A stretch of 64,000 nt of DNA, taken from contig MU058584.1 in the NCBI GenBank assembly GCA_013265495.1, positions 2,670,508 to 2,734,507 on the forward strand, in the 5' to 3' direction. Shown here piece by piece: positions 49,385-61,156 of the stretch. The notes beneath the pieces are model-generated. The model did not search any database and was not told where the DNA came from. It saw only the letters and a list, made by a program, of their open reading frames with translations. Position 1 is the stretch's first letter; each line of letters opens with the position of its first letter. This DNA is from Vicugna vicugna (Eukaryota). The position numbers and the translations under genes are program-made.

Positions 49385-49890
49385 ACACAATGCATATCTT
49401 GCCATGTCACCCCCTGCTTCAAATGGCACTTTCAATAGGTTCCCAAACTAAGCTCCTTCCATGACATCCAGGGATCTCTGTGATCCACCTCATCCACCTT
49501 CCCATCTCATCACCTGCCAGTCCCCACCTGACGTCTGCAATCCAGCACTGCTAAACTGCTTCTTTCTTCTTGGTGCAAGGTGTACCCTCCCTGCCTGATG
49601 CCTGGACTTCAGTTGTCCCACCAGCCTGGAAAGTTTCTCCTCTTCTCTTCAGCCAAGTCTCCTCAGGCATTACCTCCTCCTGGACAGCACCCATCACCAG
49701 CACCCCAACCCCACCAGTGGGCAGGGGTGCATCGACCTCATGCTCCAGTTATGACTTGCACATCGTTTCACAACTTAGCATTTTGAATCATATTGATCGT
49801 CATTCCTCCGGTGTGTGGGCCCCCTGAGAACAAGGAGTGAGTCATTGTGTGGGTGTCTCAGGAGCCAGTGCATAGCAGGTGTTTGTGGAA
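49385..49890 (+). mobile_element. L2 3' fragment
   Basis: 'atcttgccatgtcacccc.tgcttcaaa', 'gttgtcccaccagcctggaa', 'cccctgagaacaagga...cagtgcatagcaggtgttt'. Confidence 0.6.
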
Positions 49891-50382
49891 GGGGGGACAG
49901 GAAGGAAGGAGACAGAGGTGTGTGGTTGGGCTGGTCCGCAGGTAGAAGGGACTCAGCTAAACAGCACACTGCCCAAGTGATGGGACCTGATGGACTCACT
50001 GACACACACTGCCACCCAGCCGTGACGGGGCCCTGGAGAAAGAGTCCCTCCACTAGAAACTCGTGACTGAGCAAGCAAGAGAGGAGAAGGGGGAAATTCT
50101 GACACGCGACACTATCTGGGCCGCAGTGTTCTAGAAAACGAGCATGAGGGAAACTTCGAGGCTTCACTGTAAAAGGACCTAGCCGGCCGAATATCACACC
50201 TAGAAATGAAGCTCTCCCATCAGGGCCAAGGCAAGCACAGGTTGCTGTGTAAAGTGCTGAGAAGCAGGGAAGACCCTGTCACAACTCTTCTTCCTGACAC
50301 AGCTCCTTGGTGCCGCCGAACAACTGCACACTCCGCAGCAGGAAGGCCAAGCCGGACGCCCACTGGTTGCTCAAAAGAAATA

Positions 50383-50553
50383 GAGTCGTTCCTCAGTGTC
50401 TGCCAGGGCCTGGTTCCAGCCCCCCGCCCTCCACAGCTGCCCAGATCTGCGGGTGCTCAAGTCCCTTATACAAAATGGCATGGAGCAGCTGGCCCTCTGT
50501 ATCCTCGGGGTTGAATCCTCAGTGTGGAACCTGTGGGTCCAGGGGGCCAACTG
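50383..50553 (+). mobile_element. MER2/Tigger-like TcMar MITE
   Basis: TA on both flanks (50381-2, 50554-5); TIR-like ends gagtcgttcctcagtgtc / gtccagggggccaactg; internal 'gggtgctcaagtcccttatacaaaatggc'. Confidence 0.75.
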
Positions 50554-50824
50554 TACAGAGAAGCAGAAATCTAACTCAAACCTGGCTTCTACCTTGTTGT
50601 TGGTCTCACTGACAAGCATAGAGCCCGTATGGGCAGCCCCTTGAAAACCCACAGCAGGGTAAGCACCAAGACTCTAGGTTGAGGGTGTAAAAGGTACGGT
50701 GTAGTGTGTGGGACAAGGATGGACCAGCCAACAGCCACGACACGTGGGAAAGAGGCACAGATGTGCAGGCAAAGAAGCTAACGTTCTCCCTGCCCGACTC
50801 CTACCTGGACCTGTACCCCAGCTA

Positions 50825-51202
50825 CATGCGATATTCAATGTTTGCTCCCCTGCCACCACTTCCCTTTGAGATCGGGTAAATTTTCCTCCCCCGTTGACTT
50901 TGGGCTTCACCATATGACTTGTTTGGCCAGTGGAACGTAAGTAAATGTGCACGTGTCATTTGGCTGCTCCCATCCTCCGTAAGCACAGGACTAAGTGGCT
51001 ATTGATCCAAAGGGGAATGTAGACAAGACCTGAACCCAACCTGAAGCCTGGAGCCAAGTCCAGGCGGCCCGTGGCCTGAAAAAGATCACCCCTGCCAACC
51101 CAAAGACCCAACAGTGAGAAACATAAATGCTTGGGTTTTGAAGTCCCCGAGTTTCAGGATGCTTCGTTATGCTGCATTCCTGCGGCAATAGCCAACCAGT
51201 AC
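50825..51202 (+). mobile_element. MaLR solo LTR (MLT1I/J-like)
   Basis: 'ttgactttgggctt.accatatgacttg.ttggccagtggaa', 'aaacataaatgctt..gttttgaag', end 'gttatgctgcattcctgcggcaatagccaaccagtaca'. Confidence 0.8.
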
Positions 51203-52220
51203 ACTCTGTAACAGCTAAACTCGATCGTCGGCTTGTTCCTTCTCCATTTATCTATATCACCAGGTGACAGCTCCTTCCCAAAGGCAGTCAGCGCAGATGG
51301 TCTCTGAACCTCACCACTAGCCTGCTGGCGGCTCTCACACCATCACACATCCAGGACACAGCTCCTGATACTGCCTAGAGATGAGATGGCTGGTGGTGGC
51401 TGCCTCTGCCTGACTTCCCGCCATCAGCAGGATTTCCACTCCAGTCCTGATGGGAAGCTGTGGGTCCCATCCCACCCTCCCCCTTCTCCTCCCCCTGCCC
51501 AGGCAGCACACTGAGTGAAGTGGTCAGCAGGAGACGGGGCTCAGTCCTGAGCTGCTGGCAGCGACTCTCCCTGTGTCCTCCCGGGCAGAAGACAGATGCT
51601 GTGTCTGTGCATATGGGCAGTGGTAATGAGAACTCCCTGTGGCTTCATGCAAGGGAATCGGGCGGTGCAGGCAAGGCAGGCCAAACTCCCCTTCTCGTTC
51701 CAGAAACGACAGTGAAACAAATGGCAGGAAATTCATTCTGCTGACCAGCACAGGAAGCAATGCCAGGGCACAGCTCTGGAAGTGGAGAGAAAGCAAGAGG
51801 AAAGATAATAGGGAGCAAGAAACAAAGAAAGTAAGAGAGGAACTCCAACTTTTGTGTGAAAAATCAATCTATATTACATCATTGGCCCTCGTGACTCTGT
51901 CCATCCAAACCTCACCAAGTCTAGTTCCAAAGAGGCTTAAATCTTAACAAATATCTGCTATTCAGAAAACCGGACTGCCATTCCACAGGAATTCTGGATA
52001 GCTCAGAAGCCAAATAGAAATTTAAAAGGGGTGGGGAGAGGGGCTGGTTTGAACAAGTCCAAGGCCATAGTACAACTCGAGACAGTTATTAGCCACAAAC
52101 ACGCCCGTGCCACAGACAGAATAAAGAAGACTACCAGGACCTCCATCCCTGGGAGCATGCTACACCCCGAAGGAGTTCTGGGTGATGTGAAGTGTGTACA
52201 TAATAAAGATGCTGCTGAGG

Positions 52221-52314
52221 GAGTCGGGGTATAGCTCAGTGATAGAGCACATGCTAGGCATGCACAAGGTCCTGGGTTCAATCCCTCATGCCTCTGTTAA
52301 GGAAGGGGGCAGAA
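52221..52314 (+). mobile_element. tRNA-derived SINE (Vic-1-like), short-tail type
   Basis: 'ggtatagctcagtgatagagcacatgctaggcatgcacaaggtcctgggttcaatccc..tgcctctgttaagg'; TSD aaagatgctgctgagg (52205-52220) / aaagatgctgtcgagg (52315-52330). Confidence 0.92.
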
Positions 52315-52685
52315 AAAGATGCTGTCGAGGTGCTAGGTGATACACCTGTGACCCCCCGGACCTCAACAATACCCTTACAAGAGATCCTTCTGAGTCCGCA
52401 ACTGAACAGTCACCCTGAGCTAGGTCAGCTGGTCCGGGCACCCTGCACCCACCTGCGAAGAATTTCCTTCCAGAGGCGCCTGGCCCATGCATGGAAGGAC
52501 CAAGAAGATGTTAACAGTGAGTTAACAGCATGAACCTCATTCTGCCATTTGTATCTGAACAGATGTTTGGACTCAGGCCTTAAATGAAGAGTTTCGAAGC
52601 AACAACACATTTAAAATTTTAACTTAAAAAAAAAAAAGACAGCACAGAACACTAACCATGGTTAGGAATGCTACTCCCCTCTTCC

Positions 52686-52825
52686 TTTTTTTAAAAAATT
52701 TTTTGGGGTTTTATGGGGGAGGAGGTAATAAGGTTTATTTAATTACTTATTTTAATGGATGTACTGGGTGGGGATTGAACCCAGGATATGAGGCATGCAC
52801 TCTACCACTGACCTGTACCCTCCCC
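52686..52825 (-). mobile_element. tRNA-derived SINE (Vic-1-like), long-tail type, reverse orientation
   Basis: Reverse complement reads ggggagggtacaggtcagtggtagagtgcatgc..atcctgggttcaatccc..cagtacatccattaaaataag..aataaacct.attacctcctcccc + A-rich tail. Confidence 0.9.
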
Positions 52826-55800
52826 AACTCCTTAGTAAAGGTTGAGACACAGAAACACTTCTGGAGGTTGAACAGCCAGAGGAGGGCTTCTGGAGCCTAC
52901 CTGCCAGTGTAACGGGAAAAGAAGGAAAGGAATCACCCACAGAAATAGATTTGAGGAAAAACCCATCAGCAGATTCGTAAGAAAGGGGTTAGTCCAATGT
53001 ATGCACTGATGCTATTCTATTTAATGCGTCCTCGATGCAGAAGGCCAGCCCAGTGGCCAGCGGTGGGTTCTCACCGGACTCCAGAGAACCCAGGATCAGC
53101 CTACTGAGAACTACACCCCAGGGAGGAGAGCTGAGAAGGCCCAGGACACCCTCCGCACGTGCCACGTGGTCAGATCCCTCCAGCTCTACTCATCTCCGGC
53201 TCCTCACTGTAAATGGAAGTGAGAAGAGTTGCAGCAAGAAACAGATGAAAGAGTTTTGGATGCAACAAAGCGCTAGACACATGCTGGGTATGATGTTTCG
53301 GTGTGACTCTGCAGAGTGTCTAGTAGGAACTGAACAAAGTAAGGCCTCTAAACTAAAACAACAGGAAAGACACTGAATCTCTTTTACATAATTTTTAAAA
53401 ATTACATCGAGCACCTTCTTGGTGATTCACACTTTCTCAACAGTATTATCACTTAGCCCTTGCAACAGTCCTACAAAACGGACAGGTAAGAACATCGAGG
53501 CTCCAAAAGATAAAGTCATTCGATTAAAAATCACATTGCTTGTAAGGAACAATGTGGGTTTGGTCCCGAGGACTTGGGATTTGGATTCCCTTGTGTTATG
53601 TTCCATAGCTCTGCTCTGCGTGTGTGTGATGGGTGACTTTCACAGCGCCAGTCTATCATTTACAGACAGAGCCTGCATGCACACACTCCTACAATCTCTG
53701 CTGCAGAAGATGCTTGAGATGTAATGGTCATTTCTGGAGGGGTGAGTCACTCATCCTGAAAGCACCCTGAGGTCAGACTATAGGACCTGACACTACCCTG
53801 GATTATCATTCCCTCCCCCACTGTTTTGTCGACACCGATATTATTATAGATGATGCTAAGAGAGGCTCACGGGCGTCTCATATTCTATCATTGGTCCCCT
53901 TTGGAAAGAGGAGCTGCTTATGGAAAACCTCCCTTTCCGTCCTAAGTCAAGACATTCCGTGGGTGATTGGAGGGGAGCCCCCTCCCCACCCCACAGCCAT
54001 TTGGAAGTGATTACCATCGAGATACCCTGACAGAGTGAATGATGCTGAGGGCTCGCTCCTGGATGCTGAGCGGAGAGCTCGCCGCATGTCCCCGCCCCCA
54101 GCCCTTGGCACACACTACTATAGAGAGCCTCGAATCCCACTTGGATGCCGATTTCCAAGGCTTGCTTTCCACTCTCTGATACATCGGATCAACTTTAATA
54201 ACAAAAACCTGGCAGGGAAGGCATCGCTGCCTAGCAAGAGCCCCCAGTGGCAAAACCAAGGAAGTCCTGGTGTGGGGCTGGAGGGCGGGCTGTCAGTTCA
54301 TTTGCTGCCTCTCAGCTCAAGATGCAAGGGCGCCCTGTGACCTTCTCCCAGGCCTTCAGCCTTGGATCTAACAACAGCAGCAATGGTCTGCATGGTGCTT
54401 CCTTGACTTCTCCTGGAGGAACCCTCCCCCCACCAGCTCCAGCCAAGTTCCACCCAATTCTTCTGTAGGTTCAACTCCTACTATATACTCTCGGGGTAAT
54501 TTGCATTCCTTGCATGGCTCTCAGCTGCTTCTCCAGGGAGGAATCCAAAATCACTGGGGATCTGACAATCACCAGGTGTTCAAAAAGACCAGGGAACCCT
54601 CAACCTTCCCCGTGACCCACAGAAACCATCGCTCCTTGTGTCAGGAGCTAGAAGCTTATTGGTAGGCTCCATCAAAATCCACAGAGTGCCCAGGATGGAG
54701 CAGTAAGTCAAACTGAGTTATCATGGGTAACTGGACATCATCACACCCCCAAGGGAACTAGAGACAAGGCTGAGCATTATCTGTGTAAACTGAACAATTA
54801 ACAGAGGGGTCCCGCACACAACAGGGCAGAGGTGCAGGTGTGGCCTCCTACACCTTCCCTCTCCTGCCTTTCCTTTTCTCTGCCCCTTTTCTCTGTATTT
54901 TTATGCAGCTACTTCAATCAGAAGTCCCTGGGATGTGTGAGGGGTGAGCCGCTGAGGTCTGTTGGAAAGTAATTGCAGCTGAATGGCAGAACCAAGAGTT
55001 GGGAGAGCTGAGTGCTCTGCATCTGCAAGCACTCGGGGACCCACAGCATCAAGGGGATGTTGTGTGGATGGGGACTCAGGAAAGGGTGCTGTGCTTGAGT
55101 ATGACTCCTAGAATAATCTTGGGTAAATCTGAGCATCCATAGGACAATGAAAGAACTTTTGATACAAAAGCTGCCATGATGACAGTATTTGCTACAATGT
55201 CTCCAAAATCTAAGAGTCTTTTTCTATTCTGACTTTCCCACTTCTTTTAGTTCTAACATTCTGGGTGTTTAAGACGTATCTGGAATCTCCTCCAAAGATG
55301 TAATGGAATCCCAAGAACTAAGCATTTCAACCAACAGGATTCACATTTTTTTCTCTCCCTGGGGTCCCTTACTTTTCCCTCAGAATGCCTGCCCAGAATC
55401 AGAGTGGTCAGAATAAACGGCACCTATTCATCAGAGTTTTTTTTTTTTTAAAGACGGGCACATAGACCTGAAGTGATACTTTATCAGAGGCCATAATAAT
55501 AACATGAAAAATACCTCCTATGTGTAAGAAGAGTCTCACGCCCAGTCATGCTTGTACCACATTCCCAGAATCATATGCATCTGTGTGGCGAGAAACCTCC
55601 ACTCAACTGGATTCTGAAAACACTGGAAGTTCCCACACCATTCTGCTTCCACCCAAGAGATGGTATGACAGGGTAGCTTGTCCCTCAGAACCCCAGGGGC
55701 TAAAACTGACAGGTGTGGAGGTCCACTGGCCAGCTCTTCGCTACCTCCTGTCCCTGAAGTCACTGCACGGACAAACCTGAAGATAGAAAATGTATCCACA

Positions 55801-56639
55801 GGGGCCACACCAAAGGGCCACAGACTTCCAAGTTTGGAGATCATCAGCCTCTCTCCCAGAACCGTCCAAGGGTAAGGGCTGTCACCCTGGGTTGGGAAAC
55901 TTCTAATCTGTGGACCCTGCACTGAGGGAGGAGGATAATGGTATGCTTGCCCCAGAGGCTCCTGGGAAAGTCAGCTCTTCATCTTTGGGCTCTGTAACAA
56001 AAGCATCCAAGTTCTTTGAAAGAGGAAGGGGGCAATTGTTGCTGTGAAGCCAGATTCCCCCAGGAGCTTCTCAGAGGGCACAGTGGGTGACATGTCATTC
56101 AGGAGGGCTGAGAGTGCCTCGGGAACCTTTAATCTTAACTCATAGCCTCAAAGCGACCCAGAAGAGGACTCCTAGTACCACCACAGCCATTCAAGCAAGT
56201 GGTCCAGGGCTACCCACTCTGCCGCTGTAACATGAGGCTACCCTACATCGTCCCATCCCCCTACATCACCTAATCAACCAAGACAAATGAGAACTGCTTC
56301 TGCTTTTATGGTTCTGTGGTTTCCCTTTGTTTTCTAAATGCCTAGACTCTCTTCAGCAGTTTACAGCAAAAGTCCTGGAATATCTCCCTTATTACTATTC
56401 TAATGTGCTCTGAGGTTGAAAACTGGGGCCACAAGGACAGAGGAGAGTTATTGCTGTTTATTAGATTATGCAAAATAGCAGTATGATATGCTAGACAGAG
56501 CACAGGCTGGGAAATGAAGAGCTTAGAGGCACTCAGTCCAGCTCTTCCCCAGACTTGTGGTTGATCTGAAAAAGGTTTCACTGCACTGTGGCCTTGAATT
56601 TTTTCATATTTTTCAAATAAGTATGCTTATTGCAGAAGG

Positions 56640-57418
56640 TTAAAGACATCTGATGGTAAATTTTTGACTCTCATTCTATCAAGAGCTGGGACTATGTCTT
56701 CTCACTGTGGATCCGGGTGGGTGCTTTGACAGTGGAAGTGACAACAGAAGTCACATTGTGCCAGCTTCCAGGCCCAAATTTTGAGACTGGAGGCTTCAAC
56801 TTCCTGTCTCTTGGATCCTTCGCTCTTGGAGAACAGCCACCATGCTGTAAGGAAGCCCAAGCAACTCAGTGTAGAGAGGCCCACGTGGAGAGGAACCAGG
56901 CCCCCGAGCCAACAGCCCTAGCTGGGCTCCCAGGCAAGAGCCACGACCAACTTGCCAGTCACATGTGTGAACCATTTTGGAAATAGGTCCTCTGTCACCA
57001 GCTGAGCAACCCCGACCAGTTGACACTGCATTCAACAGCAGCAAGCTGTCCTTGCTGAGCTCTACCAAATGGCATATTCGTTAGCAAAAAAAGCCACTAA
57101 GTTAAAAAAAATTTTTATTGAAATGTGGTTAATTTATAATGTTAGTTTCAGGTGTACAGCAACGTGATTCAGTTATACATGTACATACATACATATTTTT
57201 TCTTTTCAGATTCTTTTCCATCATATGTGATTACAAGAAAGTGAATATATTTCCCTGTGGTATATAATGGGTCATTGTTTTTATTTTATACATAATATAA
57301 TGTGTGTCTGTTAATCCCCAACTCCTAATTTAGCCCTCCCTGCTCTTTCCCCTTTGGTAACCACAGTTGGTTTTTCACTTTTGGGTTGGTTTTTTATACA
57401 GCAATAAATAATGAGAAC
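56640..57418 (+). mobile_element. MaLR solo LTR (MLT1F/G-like), split by an L1 near its 3' end
   Basis: 'cagccaccatgctgtaaggaagcccaagca...gagaggcccacgtggagaggaac..aggccccc..gccaacagc'; breaks at 'aagccactaagtt' (~57103) and resumes 'ttgggttggtt..ttatacagcaataaataa' (~57379). Confidence 0.85.
57104..57376 (-). mobile_element. Lineage-specific L1 3'UTR fragment nested in MLT1
   Basis: 'tttttattgaaatgtggttaattta.aatgttagtttcaggtgtacagcaa.gtgattcagttatacat' and 'ttcccctttggtaacca'. Confidence 0.9.
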
Positions 57419-57632
57419 TTACAAGTGGAAAAAGTGGACTGAACAAAATACAGAGGAATTATCTTACAATTGCTCTCTATCTTGAAGAGTCTACATACCA
57501 GAGGAGAAAAAGTCTCCTGAAGAAGTAACATTCTAGGCACAGACTCATAGCCCCATTGCTGCTAGGGGATTAGTTCTGCTCAACTTATGTCAGTTGGAGA
57601 CAAGATAGAGTCCACAGGCAAGTTTATACCAG

Positions 57633-57822
57633 CAGGACCAGCATAACTAATGGGGTCCAACTGTAGAGTGAAAATGCAGGGTCCTCTGTTTGAAAATCAG
57701 GAATTATAATTCACATAAAATTATTAAGATGGGACAGCAGAGAATTAAATCGATTATGGGACCCTTCTGAGCACAAGGCTCTGCGTGGCTGCATAGTTCA
57801 CGTACCCATAAAGCCGGCCCTG
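57633..57822 (-). mobile_element. MER45-like hAT-Tip100 MITE
   Basis: Ends caggaccagc / aagccggccctg; 'cccttctgagcac..ggctctg.gtggctgca.ag.tcac..cccat'; degenerate 8-bp TSD tataccag / catcccag. Confidence 0.72.
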
Positions 57823-58034
57823 CATCCCAGCTGAATGGCCTAGCTGGCTGACGTCACAGGCACGCACATCCTAAACCCTAGAACCCCCACTCCTAACCCC
57901 AACCCATGCTAATAGTTTCACTTAGAACAAGCCAGACAAAGCTGGCAGAACAAGCTGCCTGGGGTCAGGAACCATTTTAGACCTGACTGACCAACTTCAT
58001 ACTTAGGCAAACACACATATCCTCTCATTTCTGT

Positions 58035-58730
58035 TACTGTTGGGTTAGGTAACAGAGACGAGTGTTTAGAAGGACTGTTTACAAAGGTGTGTGGAGGGTT
58101 TAAGGAAAGCAACAATGGATGGCACAGTAGCCCAGGACTGGGAACTTCAGGGAGCTGGCCCATCCCGAGGTCTGGGGGTTAAGGGGGGAGTCAGGGAGGG
58201 AGCAGTTGCGGATACCCAGAGAGCTGTGTAGAAAGGATGTCTGTGTCACTTTTTTTAGATTCCCCATATAAGTGATATCATATAATATTTGTCTCTGTCT
58301 GCCTTCACCTAGTATGATAACATGGATATGTTGCTGCAAATGGTATTATTTTATTCTTTTTTACAGCTAAGTAGTATTCCATTGTGTGTATATATATACA
58401 CACACACACATATATATGATACACACACACACACACACATTTTCTTTATCCAATCACTATTGGATAATGTACCCCAAAAACTAACACGACATTGTAAATC
58501 AACTAACTTCAATTGAAAAAAAAAAAAAGAAAGAAAGGCCATGTGACAGCAGCTATGGCTTTGGTGAAAGGACAAAGCCAACGTGTTGGGACTGCACAGA
58601 GAAGGAGCCAGGGGAATAAATAACCAGCCTCCTCCTCCTGCCCTCAGCTCTCCTACCAGTGCCTCTTCCTGTACAAATCCAAGAGAAGCCAGAGGCCAAA
58701 TGAGTCCACTGAGGCAGACAGTGTAAGTCA
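58035..58730 (-). mobile_element. ERVL solo LTR (LTR41-like), split by an L1
   Basis: 'aaggactgtttacaaaggtgtg...ttaaggaaagcaacaa.ggatgg', 'gggagggagcagtt.cgga.acccagagagctgtgt', 'gggagccaggggaataaata' and 'gaagccagaggccaa' resemble LTR41 in reverse. Confidence 0.65.
58237..58531 (+). mobile_element. 5'-inverted (twin-primed) L1 insertion
   Basis: Reverse-oriented L1 piece 58237-~58456 ('ttagattccccatataagtgatatcat', 'gttgctgcaaatggtattatttt') joined to a forward 3' end ('tgtaccccaaaaactaacacgacattgtaaatcaac' + poly-A); TSD agaaagg (58230-58236, 58532-58538). Confidence 0.82.
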
Positions 58731-61133
58731 GTCTCATGGGAGCACACGTGAGAGCAAAGTCTCATTTCTCAGGAAGCTGGAAAAGCCCTCTTTAGAAAAT
58801 CTCAACATTTCCTCATTTTTTTTTTCCACCTAAGACACCAGCCCAGCGTCACTGTTGGGATCCTTGGGTTGCCATTTCCCCAGCTGCCCTCAGAAGGCAG
58901 GACTGGACTGGGTAGCTGAACTCAGTGATGAAGGCGGTGATGGTGAAGCTAGAACTGGCCGGGGCCAGCCCTCACCGCACCGCCAGGAGAAAGGAGGGTT
59001 AACAACAAACAGAGAAAGACCACGAAGCCAGCGCCTAAATGAGGCAGCAAACGTCTCCACAAGCTGACACCTCCTTGAAAAGTAAGTGCTGTCTCAGCGG
59101 TTTCTGTGGGACATGCCTGAGGGGGTGGGGAACAGTCACCACAGGCAAGTTTTCTGAGCTTCAGAACACACTGTCAGCTTGCCCCTTGGCGGCCAAAGCA
59201 GTGAGCATGGCCAAAGGGATACAGAGCGCCACCAAGTCAGCCTCTAAGAGTCAAACTTCCCTGGATGCTCCAAAATGGGCTCAGGCAAGCTTGTTTCTGT
59301 GCTTGCATTCTAACTGCAGGGTCCTTCTGAGTCTGTGGTAGCACTTTTCCTAAGTCATCCTCTCCTGATTTGATGATCTGATGAGAGACAGGGTGCAGTG
59401 ACTCTAACATCAGTGAACAGACTGGCCCCCTTTCTAGCTAGTCCTGCATCTTGTTTTCCTTCCTCGCCTCTTAGCTGCTCTTTCTCCTTGTTTGATTTCT
59501 TCTAGTTGATGCTCTACCTTTTAAAAATATTTCTTCTTCCAACATCTTTATTTTTCTTTCTGACCTCTCATTCTGAGATTCGTTCCCTTTTCTCTTTTCT
59601 TCAGCCTCTCTGTGCTTGAACAAAGAGCACAGATGTTCATGGTTTCTGGACCCACAAGACTTCTAGGATCTTCTCCCTTCGTGCAAGACCAGTAGCTTCT
59701 CCTTCTCCAGTTGACAAGTATGCTGCTTTTCCCCACAGTAAGCACCCGATAATTATGAGCATTACTGGACTACCTAAGGGTGCAGCCCGCATGTAACAGT
59801 CCATGGTGTCCACTTCACACCAGTTAGGAGTGCACTGACCACAGACCGTCCCACCTCCTCCCAGACAGAAGCCCTGGAAACCAACACCCCATAGGCTCTG
59901 GGGTGGACTGGCTGTACAACATCTTTTCCTGTCACCCATCACTCAGGTTAAGTGACTAATCAGAAACCCTACCTTAGAAAAGACAGCCAGGAGTTCCCCT
60001 GTTTGCCCCTCCTGACATGTCCAACAAGACATGGCCATCAATTAATTCTGCCTCTTAGTAAGGCTGCTCTATTTCTTCACCTTTCCCTTTCATTCTGTCC
60101 TCTACCCTTCTCCGTTTAGTGAAAATTGGGGTTCTAGTATACCACAGCTTTTATGTTTAGGAAGATGATGTCACCCCAGGCCACACCCACGAGCCCGAGG
60201 GGTCTTCCGTCTGGCCACACCTTCTTCGGGCTGGCTCCACCCCCCTTTCTAAGCTCCCCCAACATCCACACTAACCAAAGAACACTCAGAAAAGCCCCAC
60301 TCCTTTTCATCTACATCAACTCCAACCTTGGTTTAAAGCCCCCTGGGATAGCAGCACAGGAAATCCTAACCATAGCTTTATATTTTGGATCCCGCCTTTG
60401 AAGTACGTGCTAACAGCTATAATTGGCATTATGGAAGAAGGGTAGAATAAATTACTTGTAGCTAAGGAGCCAGAAAAGAGAAAATTATCCAAGTCAGCTT
60501 GTGTTCGGTCTTTAATCCAACACTGTAAAACTAAATCCTTGTCACCCTGACTCCGTGTTAGTCTGAAGCACAGCACAGGGTTCCCCATCCTGCACTCACT
60601 CGTCGGCCGGGAGATCTGGCCCCTCTGGCTGGCAGGGGCTCTTGGCAGAACTTCAGAATCATAAAGGAGGCACAAGAGGCTCTGGAGAGTCCCATCCCCT
60701 CCTGCCACACGTGAGCCCCAAATGCCCCTGCCCCTCCCCTCAAAAACCTTGACTCTAGCAGCTGAGAAAGGCATTGCCTGAAAAATGTTCAAGCAGTGCC
60801 CCTCTCAGCAATTCTGGTTGTAAATCAAGAGATCTTAAAACGGGAAGTCTTAAAGGCCCAAAGGGTTTATTCTCCAGTGCAGGGCCTCAGACATGGTCAT
60901 GGGAGGCCAGTGAGAGCTGTTCACACGAGACCCTGCTGTCCGTCTCTCACAGGGCGCCAGAGTCCGCCAGGCTGTTGTGCCTAGACACCCTTCAGCCACA
61001 GCCTACTTGTGTGATGTGGTGGCAGGGCACGTTTCATGCTTTTGATTATAAAAGGAAGCTTATCCGTTCTCAGTTGGGTGACTTAGTTATGGCAGTTTTC
61101 TGTCTTGTGTATGTACAAGTGTGTGTATGACAA

Positions 61134-61156
61134 AGAGAGAGAGAGAGAGAAAGAGA
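61134..61156. repeat. (GA)n microsatellite
   Basis: Imperfect GA run. Confidence 0.8.
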
